DNA of 64,000 nt from Eledone cirrhosa. Lineage: Eukaryota. Shown here piece after piece: positions 18,503-30,849 of this stretch. The stretch covers positions 85,002,001-85,066,000 of the forward strand of contig OZ024742.1 of assembly GCA_964016885.1 (NCBI GenBank), given 5' to 3'. A program made the translations under genes and the position numbers. The stretch's first letter is position 1, and the number at the start of each line of letters is the position of its first letter. The notes under the pieces were generated by a model. The model was given only the letters and a program-made list of their open reading frames with translations. It was not told the DNA's origin and made no database searches.

Positions 18503-19003
18503 ATATTGTTATACTTTGGGAGGGTCATGTTGCCAATAAGAAACACACGCACCATGCTTTCACTTCAATTTATTATAATAAATTTATAAATTTAAGAATT
18601 TATATTTATAAATATCCGGTTGGTTGGTTGGTTCCACAACCAGATGGTTGTTTATATATTGTCAAAGTTCTTTCGTCACACATTCTGTGACCTCTTCAGT
18701 GACTGGGGATTCTTTTCTTTGTTTTTGTGCCTCTCCTTTCTTCTGTCCTACACCATTTTGTTTCTGTGTGTGTGTTGTGTGCTCAGTCTGCGCATGCACC
18801 ACATCCGGGTGTCTGTGTGTGTTTATATTCGTTTATTTATTTGTTTATTTACATGTTACTTTGACAATATATAAACAACCAACCAACCGGAAATTTATAA
18901 ATATAAATTCCTAAATTTATAAATTTATTATAATAAATTGAAGTGAAACATCTGGTGCGTGTGTTTCTTATTGGCAACATGACCCTCCCAAAGTATAACA
19001 ATA
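18503..19003. mobile_element. Fold-back element with ~150-bp inverted arms in (TA)n
   Basis: 18503-18668 is the reverse complement of 18858-19003; the terminus attgttatactt.ggagggtcat also occurs at 6367-6391. Confidence 0.75.
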
Positions 19004-19345
19004 TATATATATGTTTGTGCTGAAATTATGAACATGATGCTCTTGTTAAAGCAAGCATTATAAATGTATTTCTGCAAATAAAACATCTCCCAGGACTGGT
19101 TCGAATCTTAGATCTACTCAAGCACAAGTGTAACTGTCTCATATGCAGGAAATATTGTGAATATATTTTGTATTTATGGTAGATGTTTCCTCTGAATTTC
19201 TGTAGCATATATAGTTTATCAAAACAATTATAACGTAATGAAGTGTTCTACATATATAGCTTGGCCTACCACGAGGGCAGATGATGTAATTTGAAAGTAA
19301 GATGATGTAATATATAAATATATATATATATAAATATATATATTT

Positions 19346-19406
<61 letters not shown>

Positions 19407-19412
<6 letters not shown>

Positions 19413-19841
19413 AAAGAATAGAGGTGTAACACACAAGTTATTATATATTGGTAAACGGAATAGAAAATGCTGACAAATTGTTCACAGTTGAAAAATGGTT
19501 TAATTAGGAATAAAAGAGTATTAGTGATTGTATGGGTTAGTATTCAGTTGTGGTTTTAAGTTTTTAAGTTTTTACCGGTTGCGCATTTCTAAATGCTTTT
19601 CAAAAATAATTTTGAGATAGAGTGTCCGTGCTGTTTGCTCTGATCCAGATCAGAGCAAACAGCACGGACACTCTATCTCAAAATTATTTTTGAAAAGCAT
19701 TTAGAAATGCGCAACCGGTAAAAACTTAAAAACTTAAAACCACAACTGAATACTAACCCATACAATCACTAATACTCTTTTATTCCTAATTAAACCATTT
19801 TTCAACTGTGAACAATTTGTCAGCATTTTCTATTCCGTTTA

Positions 19842-19850
<9 letters not shown>
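19407..19850. mobile_element. Family A near-perfect ~400-bp palindrome with two variant HHRs
   Basis: Centre at 19646/19647 (ctctgatc-ca-gatcagag); HHR motifs at 19570-19606 (-) and 19687-19723 (+); (TA)n on both sides. Confidence 0.85.
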
Positions 19851-19876
<26 letters not shown>

Positions 19877-19881
19877 GTGTG

Positions 19882-19947
<66 letters not shown>

Positions 19948-19950
19948 TAT

Positions 19951-20330
19951 CAAAGGAATTGTGGTAAGGAACCAGAAGGACCATAACCCACCAGAGTACT
20001 TAATACTTATGGTAGTAGAGTGGAAAATAGGAAAAAGTATGACCCCCACGGCAGAGCTCAAGCCCTTTCGACGGCTATCTCTGGATTAAATTATAATTGT
20101 TAGCCTGGTGAATAAATAGCCGAACTTGTCATGGGGGTACTTCCTTATATGGGAAGATTGTAGTTGTCAAGAGGATTGGTTAAAATGTGTTGTAAACACA
20201 AATAAGTCTATCATAGCATTTGGCGGGAGATAACGGTGGCTGAACTTGCGTGTAGAACAATAGGGCAGTGAGTGGAGCCGTCAAGCGTTGAAAGTGATAT
20301 GTATACAGCAGATTCTAAGGATAGTGTATG
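19951..20330 (-). mobile_element. Family F pseudo-LTR with a complete but decayed HHR (20042-20139)
   Basis: Minus strand: accccc-ATGACAA-gtt-cggctattt...agatagccg-tc-GAAA-gggc-ttgagctct-gccg-TG-ggggt. The upstream boundary is uncertain. Confidence 0.55.
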
Positions 20331-20828
20331 AAATGGAGGAGGGAGTTTTTAGAATAGGTAATTCGAATGAGAGTAGGAGACAATAAAATATAATAGAAAT
20401 AAATTAAAAAAATTTATAAAATTACATAGTGAGAAATTAATTAAAAAAAAATCACAATGCTAACTTACAATTACAGGTTAATAAATTGAGTATAGAAAAA
20501 ACTTGTAGAAATTGAGTAGTAAACAAACATACAAAATTAAAGGGGTCGAGCACATCTTCTATAATTAGTTAGTAAAACGTAATCGGCCAATTCTATCTTA
20601 AAATTACGGGGGTGGGGGAACTGATGCTACAGAGGCACGATGGGCTGCATCGGGGTAGGCGAAAAGGGAAAAGCAGACGAGGAAGAAAATAGGTGGTGGC
20701 AGAAAGTGATAGGATGAGACAGGGGGAAGAAGAAGGCAAAGAAGACATTAAATCTGTTGGAATTACAACAAATATAGATGTTTACAACTGATGCAAAGCA
20801 CTCAACAGATTTCTGGAGTAAGTATTTG

Positions 20829-21581
20829 ATTGATATTAAATAAATGGAAACTATATTTATAAAACCATATTTATTCTATTAAATATATTTCAAGGGTACC
20901 AACAATTTTGGTACGCTATCATCAGATAAAATACAAAAGGTTTTATAAATATTTGACATTACCAAGGATGCTATACCTTAATGATTCAAGTTATCTCTGG
21001 AAAGTGAAGGGAAGAGGCGAGAAAAGTCAGATATTTAAAATTATTAATATGAGTACACATATGATGTGTATATTAAAGGGCAGAAAAAAACGTTATTTAA
21101 GACGCTATAGAAAATTTAAATATTTATGATACAAATGTTTATGATTAGGAAGGAAGAGAAAGAGAAAAGAATAACGTTAATTTGGGGGAAAAGATTTGTG
21201 TTACCTATATTATGACTTATACAATTATATGAAGAATTATGGTTGTAAGTATTTTTATCATGTATATAAATATGTTTATGTATATTAATAAGTTGCATAT
21301 GCATTGATTGTTTATATAAACAAATATGAGTTACGAAGGATGTTGAAAATTGTATTTTCAAGTTGTGAGATTAGAATAATTTGTGGATTCAAAAATTTTC
21401 AACATTGAGAATGTTTTCAGAATGTTGTTAATTTAACGAAGCTATATAAATTATCAAACTACACTTGTTAAGGAAGAAGGATTGTTAAATATGGTGTACC
21501 AAAATTGTTGGTACCCTTGAAATATATATAATAGAATAAATATGGTTTTATAAATGTAGTTTCCATTTACTTAATATCAAT
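20829..21581 (-). mobile_element. 5'-truncated PLE end with inverted pseudo-LTR (family E)
   Basis: 20829-20914 is the reverse complement of 21496-21581; HHR at 20874-20931; decayed ILNVENF*IHKL resembles a GIY-YIG end. Confidence 0.7.
20874..20931 (-). ncRNA. Type-I hammerhead motif
   Basis: ttttat-CTGATGA-tagcgtaccaa(aattg)ttggtaccctt-GAAA-tatatt-TA-atagaa. Confidence 0.7.
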
Positions 21582-21583
21582 TG

Positions 21584-22715
<1,132 letters not shown>

Positions 22716-22947
22716 TATATATATATATGGTAGCAGGCAGGCCGCTGTCTTATTAGCAAACCGCTTTCCACTGATTGACCTCGATGTCACGTGATTGATT
22801 CTTTTTGAATTTGCCACCGACGTAGAGGCAGTGATTTTCTCAATGGCTAGGAATACAGTCCACGCTTTGCTATTTTCTATCCACTGATTTATTTTTGAAT
22901 AAGTTTCCAGAGTCCCCGCTTTGCCTGGATACTTAGATGAGAATAGT

Positions 22948-23027
22948 CTTCCCTGACGACGAAATGCTTCTCTATGTTTTCTTCGGAAAATATATTTATT
23001 CCATTTCAGAAACTAATTAGTTGGAAG
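22948..23027 (+). ncRNA. Type-I hammerhead motif, unit 1
   Basis: cttcc-CTGACGA-c-gaaatg...tatgttttc(ttcg)gaaaatata...catttc-a-GAAA-ctaattag-TT-ggaag. Confidence 0.78.
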
Positions 23028-23469
23028 TGATATTTTAGTAAGTATGTTAATTTTATAATTTTCTTATTTTACGTCTCTCATATTATTGTTCTGCAACCCC
23101 ATGCATTGAACCACAAAGTTACTAAGACAAAACCTATATATTTGCTAGCATTGATATGCATCTGTATGTATATATATGTTACTAGATATTAATTCTTTAT
23201 AATTATCTCCAAATTATTTGTCGAGCAATATTGGCCACGACTGCTGCTATGGTAGCAGGCAGGCCGCTGTCTTATTAGCAAACCACTTTCCACTGATTGA
23301 CCTCGATGTCACGTGATTGATTCTTTTTGAATTTGCCACCGACGCAGAGGCAGTGATTTTCTCAATGGCTAGGAATTCAGTCCACGCTTTGTTATTTTCT
23401 ATCCACTGAATTATTTTTGAATAAGTTTCCAGAATCCCCGCTTTGCCTGGATACTTAGATGAGAATAGT

Positions 23470-23549
23470 CTTCCCTGACGACGAAATGCTTCTCTATGTT
23501 TTCTTCGGAAAATATATTTATTCCATTTCAGAAACTAATTAGTTGGAAG
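23470..23549 (+). ncRNA. Type-I hammerhead motif, unit 2
   Basis: Same sequence as the unit 1 motif, offset 522. Confidence 0.78.
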
Positions 23550-23991
23550 TGATATTTTAGTAAGTATGTTAATTTTATAATTTTCTTATTTTACGTCTCT
23601 CATATTATTGTTCTGCAACCCCATGCATTGAACCACAAAGTTACTAAGACAAAACCTATATATTTGCTAGCATTGATATGCATCTGTATGTATATATATG
23701 TTACTAGATATTAATTCTTTATAATTATCTCCAAATTATTTGTCGAGCAATATTGGCCACGACTGCTGCTATGGTAGCAGGCAGGCCGCTGTCTTATTAG
23801 CAAACCACTTTCCACTGATTGACCTCGATGTCACGTGATTGATTCTTTTTGAATTTGCCACCGACGCAGAGGCAGTGATTTTCTCAATGGCTAGGAATTC
23901 AGTCCACGCTTTGTTATTTTCTATCCACTGAATTATTTTTGAATAAGTTTCCAGAATCCCCGCTTTGCCTGGATACTTAGATGAGAATAGT

Positions 23992-24071
23992 CTTCCCTAA
24001 CGACGAAATGCTTCTCTATGTTTTCTTCAGAAAATATATTTATTCCAGTTCAGAAACTAATTAGTTGGAAG
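23992..24071 (+). ncRNA. Hammerhead motif, unit 3, core mutated (CTAACGA)
   Basis: Same motif with G5>A and stem II substitutions. Confidence 0.6.
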
Positions 24072-24437
24072 TGATATTTTAGTAAGTAAGTTAATTTTAT
24101 AATTTTCTTATTCTACGTCTCTCATATATATATATAAATATATATATACGTTATTCCGGGTTGAATCGGAGGTAACCACAATAATTAAGGTACTCAATAC
24201 ATAGCAGAGTATAACAGTTTTAATATAGATGAGATTCTACAGGACTAGAACTGTTTCATTCATTAGAAATTTCTAATGAATGAAACAGTTCTAGTCCTGT
24301 AGAATCTCATCTATATTAAAACTGTTATACTCTGCTATGTATTGAGTACCTTACTTACTGTGGTTACCTCCGATTCAACCCGGAATAACGTACATTTTAG
24401 CACTCTCTGTGCCCCTTATAACCATCATCAAGAAACC

Positions 24438-24893
24438 ATGCTGACCAAACTCGACCTTGATATTTCCTTGAAGAACATCCCTATCCCTCCAAGGAAACTA
24501 TACTTAAAAACACTCATCAGACGTACCGACGAGTTCATCAAGCGAATTAGATGGAGGGCCTTCTTCCTCGACAACCCTGATGTAGCATCTACCAATGATG
24601 AGAAGTTCGGCTTCAAATCGAATAAGACACCACCCACCAACAGCCTACTCCAACCATTTGAAGAAGACCTCTTCAAGATGATCAAGGATATTAAATTCCG
24701 TAGAGCCACCACACCATTCCAGGCCTACTTAAATGCCGAATTACGGAATATAAAAAAATCCCCTAATCTTTATGTCTCCTCCGATAAAACCAAAAACGTT
24801 TATGAGGTAGACCCACAGACCTACAATAAGCTGGCAAAAAATACCATCACGACCACCTACAAAAAGTCTCCTACCACTTGTAGAGACCTATAA
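24438..24893 (+). CDS. PLE N-terminal domain only (151 aa from ATG; Nematis/Hydra-like), RT and endonuclease deleted
   Basis: SLKNIPIP..YLKTLI....FIKRIRWRAFF...FGFKS..TPP...L.PFEEDL...IKFR...SDKTKNVY is the typical PLE N-terminus; the frame is open. Confidence 0.75.
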   Translation: MLTKLDLDISLKNIPIPPRKLYLKTLIRRTDEFIKRIRWRAFFLDNPDVASTNDEKFGFKSNKTPPTNSLLQPFEEDLFKMIKDIKFRRATTPFQAYLNAELRNIKKSPNLYVSSDKTKNVYEVDPQTYNKLAKNTITTTYKKSPTTCRDL

Positions 24894-24918
24894 ATACCAT
24901 ATTTATTTTTTGATACCC

Positions 24919-24969
24919 AGATTCCTGATGATTTCTAATGAATGAAACAGTTCTAGTCCTGTAGAATCT
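24919..24969 (+). ncRNA. Type-I hammerhead motif
   Basis: agattc-CTGATGA-t-ttc(taat)gaa-t-GAAA-cag(ttctagtc)ctg-TA-gaatct; perfect 6-bp stem I. Confidence 0.82.
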
Positions 24970-24973
24970 CATC

Positions 24974-25020
<47 letters not shown>

Positions 25021-25139
25021 GTGTGTGTGTGTGTGTGTGTGTGTATGGAAACACGCACAAACATATATGTAGGATTGTGTGTGTGTCTGTGTTTTTGTGC
25101 GTGCGTGAAGGGTTTTCATGCAAATCTGTTCATTCATAT

Positions 25140-25330
25140 ATCCCTAATAAAACTAACACAGCATTGGCAAAAAGGGTCTGAACTTTAAAAGGAAAAGGAT
25201 TTCCGCATGATATAACGTGGAAAGTGCCAGAGAAATCTACGCCTTGCATACATGGAATTAAGAGATTAAGCTTCTGTCTCCGTGGAAAGCTATATTACCT
25301 GAGCAAGTTTCTAACGTCCAAAACTGACAT
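25140..25330 (+). pseudogene. Decayed C-terminal fragment of a Nematis/Hydra-like GIY-YIG
   Basis: TNTALAKRV*TLKGKGFPHDITWKVPEKSTPCIHGIKRLSFCLRGKLYY parallels TTSLAEKINSYKNKNIEYDLTWSVLKRATPYQNNRNECRLCSQELFEI of the ORF ending at 54165. Confidence 0.6.
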
Positions 25331-25689
25331 TTGTTTATATTATTTGCATCGGAAAAGCCATATCATCACCAACTTCATACACACAGTCCGTAATTCACCA
25401 TCACCAGACCTGCTAACTCCTGAAATGAACCTATTGTTTTGTCACCTACAGATCCCCTAAAAATCGCATTTCTTTTCATTTAGTGTATACAAATGAACGA
25501 AATCACTAATCTACACTGATTTTTCCGAGTCCATTTTAACGTTTAGCGGTTAATTACTGTTTCGTTATCCTTGTAATATTGTTCTAAAATATTAGATGCA
25601 TTCTGTGATAATCGTATTGTTTCTAATATAATAGGAATTATGCATACCTTATAGCATATTTAAAATTATCTGATTGTTGATTGATGCTT

Positions 25690-25779
<90 letters not shown>

Positions 25780-25871
25780 ACCTCCTGCCAGCTAATAAGA
25801 CCTTTATTAGCTGGCAGGAGGTTGTATTTTTTGTCGTTCCTGGGACGTTTAGCCCTAGGAAGGGAAAATGC

Positions 25872-25950
25872 TTCTCTGATGAGCTTTGGTTTTCCATCAT
25901 AAATCCATCGGATTTATGAGGTTTTACAAAGCGAAACTGATCAGTAAGGG
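25872..25950 (+). ncRNA. Type-I hammerhead motif, copy 1
   Basis: ttct-CTGATGA-gctttg...tcataaatcc(atc)ggatttatga...caaagc-GAAA-ctgatcag-TA-aggg. Confidence 0.85.
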
Positions 25951-26356
25951 CCACTAGAAGAGGTAAATATTTATATTATATTTTTTAATGTATTTTGAAA
26001 AATTGATTGAATTTTACTTGTTCTGCTTATCTTAATATTAAAGTTCTGGTGTATCAAATTAACACCATTGAACAACCTTGAATCATAGACAACCTATGTA
26101 TTTCTAGGGGTACCTAGTATCCCTGGACATATTAACTTCTACCTTTTTCTCCGTCCGTTGAGAACAAATCTGTTGCTTTACTTGGCTGCTATTTTTTTAG
26201 TAGTAATTGTAGACAGCAAGTCTTTGATTTTCCCGCTTTTACTTCGGTCCAGTTTACATACGGGTCACTTTTACGACCTTTCAGACCTTTATTAGCTGGC
26301 AGGAGGTTGTATATTTTGTCGTTCCTGGGACGTTTAGCCCTAGGAAGGGAAAATGC

Positions 26357-26435
26357 TTCTCTGATGAGCTTTGGTTTTCCATCATAAATCCATCGGATTT
26401 ATGAGGTTTTACAAAGCGAAACTGATCAGTAAGGG
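26357..26435 (+). ncRNA. Type-I hammerhead motif, copy 2
   Basis: Same sequence as copy 1, offset 485. Confidence 0.85.
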
Positions 26436-26516
26436 CCACTAGAAGAGGTAAATATTTATATTATATTTTTTAATGTATTTTGAAAAATTGATTGAATTTT
26501 ACTTGTTCTGCTTATC

Positions 26517-26963
<447 letters not shown>

Positions 26964-29900
26964 CATATATACATTCATTGCGCTTTTTTCTATATATAAT
27001 CCCCCCATCCCGATTGCCTTTATTCAATAGTCATATATGTGGATGGATTCTCCTTTTCCCTTGGAGAGATTATGCCACTTGTTAATACTTCTACGAGATA
27101 ACATCTTTCATTCTTTTTACCGATATCTTAATGACAACTAGATATTTCTAACATGAAACATCAAGGCCCGACAAGAGAATTCTTTGTCTTACTTGATTAA
27201 ATCAACGAGTTGAAATAGGATCCATATATATTGCTTGAATATATAAAGTACGTAACGTCTTTTTACCATCTATAATTCATGGTTTTTGCATCTCTCTCCA
27301 AGCTTTCATTTATTCCTTGTGTCGATAAAATATAGCAACACTTTCCTTAACTTAAGCAAGTTACATTTATTGTCGAAGTAAACAGTCATTATTGATAAAA
27401 AGATTAATATACAGAACAACTTTCTCGAAATTCTATGAAAATATATCCATCTAAATTGATACAAAATTATGGAATGTAGTTCTCATGTGAATTGTGAGCA
27501 GTGGTAATATATCAAGAGTTCAATTACATTTAATAACCACTACATTCAATATAACATATTTTTCTTATATTTAAGTATTTTCTATCAAATGTTTAACTTT
27601 GATGACCCAAATGAGGGTTGCATTCCTTACCAAAAGACTTTCTACATTAATATTCGATGTGGTCTTGTTATACGAAGAAAAAAGCGGCACGTGTTTCAAG
27701 TAAACTTCCAAATCTCATAGAGAGAATAAGATGCTTGCAAGGATAAAAAAAGCGATGGTTTGATGAATAGAACATTAGTTGCATGATTCCCAAGCCACGT
27801 ATCTAATGAAAATCGATTTTCCTCGTACATACAGCGCTTGGAATGTAACGTTAGATTTTCCTTCTTGTATCCATTTTAATAGACCGAAACTAATTGTATA
27901 TAAAATCTGTTTAGCTTAATAAGTCTTTAAGTCGTTTCCAGAGGAAAGAATCTTTATATTATTCATAATGCATATTAGTTTTCCATAGAGACACATGGCT
28001 TCAAATGCTGTTTATTTGATGTTTCATAAAGTTACAATCCTAAAGTTAGCTCTATACATAATGTAAACGGCAAGACATGGAAAATCATAAACATGATTTC
28101 AAATATAACTGGACTTGCAAATGCATGAAGAGAAAATACAATAGTTGTATGCAATCTAAGAGGATCTAGTCACATTGAATCAGATACTTTCCATTTGTCC
28201 ATGCAGATGCGTTGACTGAACATATTTAGAATAGCAGTGCACGAGAAATATTCTAATAAAAACAAAATAAAACAAGAGAACTATCAATGACAAGACGTCA
28301 AACTAAGACTTCGAAACAAATGCCCCCACCACACCCCCCACCCCCACCCTCGTTTGACTGCATGTATGATGTGTTTAAACAACAAGCTGATATAGAATCA
28401 GTCTATTAGATGGAGACTTTATTATTCCACTCAATAAATGTGAAGCAAAAGACGATACTTCATAGATTAGATCAAGGTCAAAGATTGGTCTCAATTAAAG
28501 CTATAAATATAACATAAATGATAGGTTGAATAATGTCTGCTGTTGACGTTTCATGATGATTCAATCAATGATTTATCGATAATTTAATCCGATATACTCA
28601 AAGCAGAATTAAAGTGTTCTTATTAGAGGAATCAACTAGCTTAATATATATATATATATTTCACCATATTTTAGAACTATTTTTTTTATCATAATTACAA
28701 AGGATATTGCTTTTAATATATTTCAAAAGCAAATGAATATGAAAATATTCTTTAAACCAATCAATCAAAGATGAAAACCATTTTGTCTCGAAAGTAATAT
28801 ATATCTAATATATATTTGCAATCAGTGTCACAATTGCGGTCATTGACGTCAGAATGTATAGCAGTATTAATAATATCTAATGCGAATATGGAAATCATCT
28901 AAAGAGAAGGACTTTTACATCTATCAAATGTGCTTGGCAATGAATAGCATGACATATTCTCTTTTCTGATAAAATTATATATTATGTAACTGCAAATAAT
29001 ATCCTGTATCAGAAGAATTCGGCAGAAGAAATGCCTGAAAATCAACGAGGATTAATAATTACATATTCTATTTAATATTTGAAAACAAAAAAAGAAAAGA
29101 AAACTACTCCAATATAGTCCTCTATTTCTGAATAAAACAAGTATCTAACTATTTTCAATCCATTTAAATCGCGGAGTGTCTTTTGAATGCTACCTCGTTT
29201 TGGACAGGGAGGCACTACAGTAAACATGTAATATCAATAGAATATCATCACTTTACTAGAGCAACCTCATTGTTTGCAGAAAACATGTCGTCGTTCCAGA
29301 GACATGATACGGATAAATAAAATGTGATAATCATTTTGTTGTGAATGTTTTACAATTATAAGTCAAAGGACTCTCCAGAAACAATCGAAAAATATATGAT
29401 TTAACAGTCGAATTCTTTTCACTTTTGGAACATATTGCAAGTTTAACAACAGAAATGCGAATTATAGATTTTATAAATACTTGACCGAGCATTATTTATT
29501 TGTCTATAAACTTTTCATAAGAAATAAGTTTGGTGGTTGTGCTATGAGGCATAACTTATCATTTCGTCTGTTCATTCTTCATGATTGGCAATGCTTACAC
29601 TGTGTACAGAAGTGAAATCAATTACTAACAAATAGAGGGGAATATAATTGAACAAACTTTCATCGACAACCACAGTGGAGATTCTAAATGTCTTTCCATA
29701 CTTGAAACTAATTTGCACATACAACAATGCATAAAATATCGCGTCAATGATTCCTGTATATGAGGACTTTCGTAATGTATTGTTTGATAAGTGTATTCAG
29801 GGGTGAGACGGAGAATTTTATAGATATTTATTTGAAGCTACTGAACAATAGTGGTTTTATTTCGCATACCCTTTTTGTTTTTTGTATTAATTAGTTCTAC

Positions 29901-30238
29901 CATTAATTAATTATTAAATGTAATTTTCCATGGATGTTCTGGACGCCCCTGTCTATTGCCGTCACCAGTGCGCTTGAGCATTCGTACTCCTGTGTGCAGC
30001 GATAAGGGGGAGAAACGTTGTAAATATATGTAGTATAAAGAGGGTGAGCAAACGACTCGGGGATAATATTGAGTAGGTTTGACAATCGTTACGTAGCTTC
30101 CTATTTTACACCGGTATCCAATAAACAGCATTAACAAGTTTAACTACGTAAACCTGTATATATCAGCATCACAAAGATGATGAAAATATAGACGCAGCAA
30201 AGTAAAGTCCATGATGCCTTGCTGTACGTGCCAATTCA

Positions 30239-30290
<52 letters not shown>

Positions 30291-30330
30291 GAGAGAGAGA
30301 GAGAGAGAGAGTGACAGATATGTATGTATT

Positions 30331-30545
30331 GTGTCAGGTCAGTCTTGAGTGCTACTGGTAACATGTAACCCAGTACACTCTGTCGCATGGTCGGGTCGTC
30401 GCGACTAAACCCGCAGCCCCACCAAGTTTACTTGGTGTGGAGGGTGATTTTGGACACCCTGCAGGACAAAAATCAAATCCTCACAAAGGGTGGCAGAACT
30501 CATAAGAGCCTAAGTCCATCAAATTATGTGTAAATATGTATATAC
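30331..30545 (+). mobile_element. Isolated 5'-end fragment related to the RTE at 8565-12056
   Basis: Aligns by eye with the reverse complement of 11842-12056 (gtcgcatggtcgggtcgtc..gcgactaaacc, cctgcaggaca, agaactcataagag). Confidence 0.75.
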
Positions 30546-30589
30546 TGTATGGGCGTGGGTGTGTGTAGGATTGATTGAGGGTTTATATG

Positions 30590-30659
<70 letters not shown>

Positions 30660-30849
30660 ATAAAAGAAATTGAAAAAAAATAAAATTTTCAATCTTTTAA
30701 ACCCTTTAAAATCTTTAAAAAAACGTTGAAAATATTTCTTGTTTTTTTGTATTTTAACTTTTTTTATTTGAATTTCAAATTGGATCAATCACCCGGTCTA
30801 CGTTTCGTTTATGAAAGAGTCAGCGAATCATTGTACATCATTTGCAACT

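Larger units (their letters stand above)
22727..24124 (+). mobile_element. Non-coding tandem array, 2.7 x 522 bp, one HHR per unit (retrozyme-like)
   Basis: Unit starts atggtagcaggcagg at 22727, 23249, 23771; units are near-identical; no ORF in the track; TA runs at both ends. Confidence 0.85.
24148..24976 (+). mobile_element. Internally deleted mini-PLE: ~244-bp 5' palindrome, N-terminal ORF, HHR-bearing pseudo-LTR
   Basis: 24148-24269 is the reverse complement of 24270-24391; tttctaatgaatgaaacagttctagtcctgtagaatctcatctata is repeated at 24270 and 24932; TA flanks. Confidence 0.85.
25775..26521 (+). mobile_element. Non-coding element, 1.5 x 485 bp, two HHRs and a 5' hairpin (retrozyme-like)
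   Basis: ~25798-26036 repeated at ~26283-26521; 5' hairpin acaacctcctgccagctaataa-gacct-ttattagctggcaggaggttgt; (TA)n on both sides. Confidence 0.85.

Noticed and set aside
18478-18510. CTGAAAA...GAAAccgaTA as an HHR
   Set aside because: C3-A8 mismatch and no credible stem I or II.
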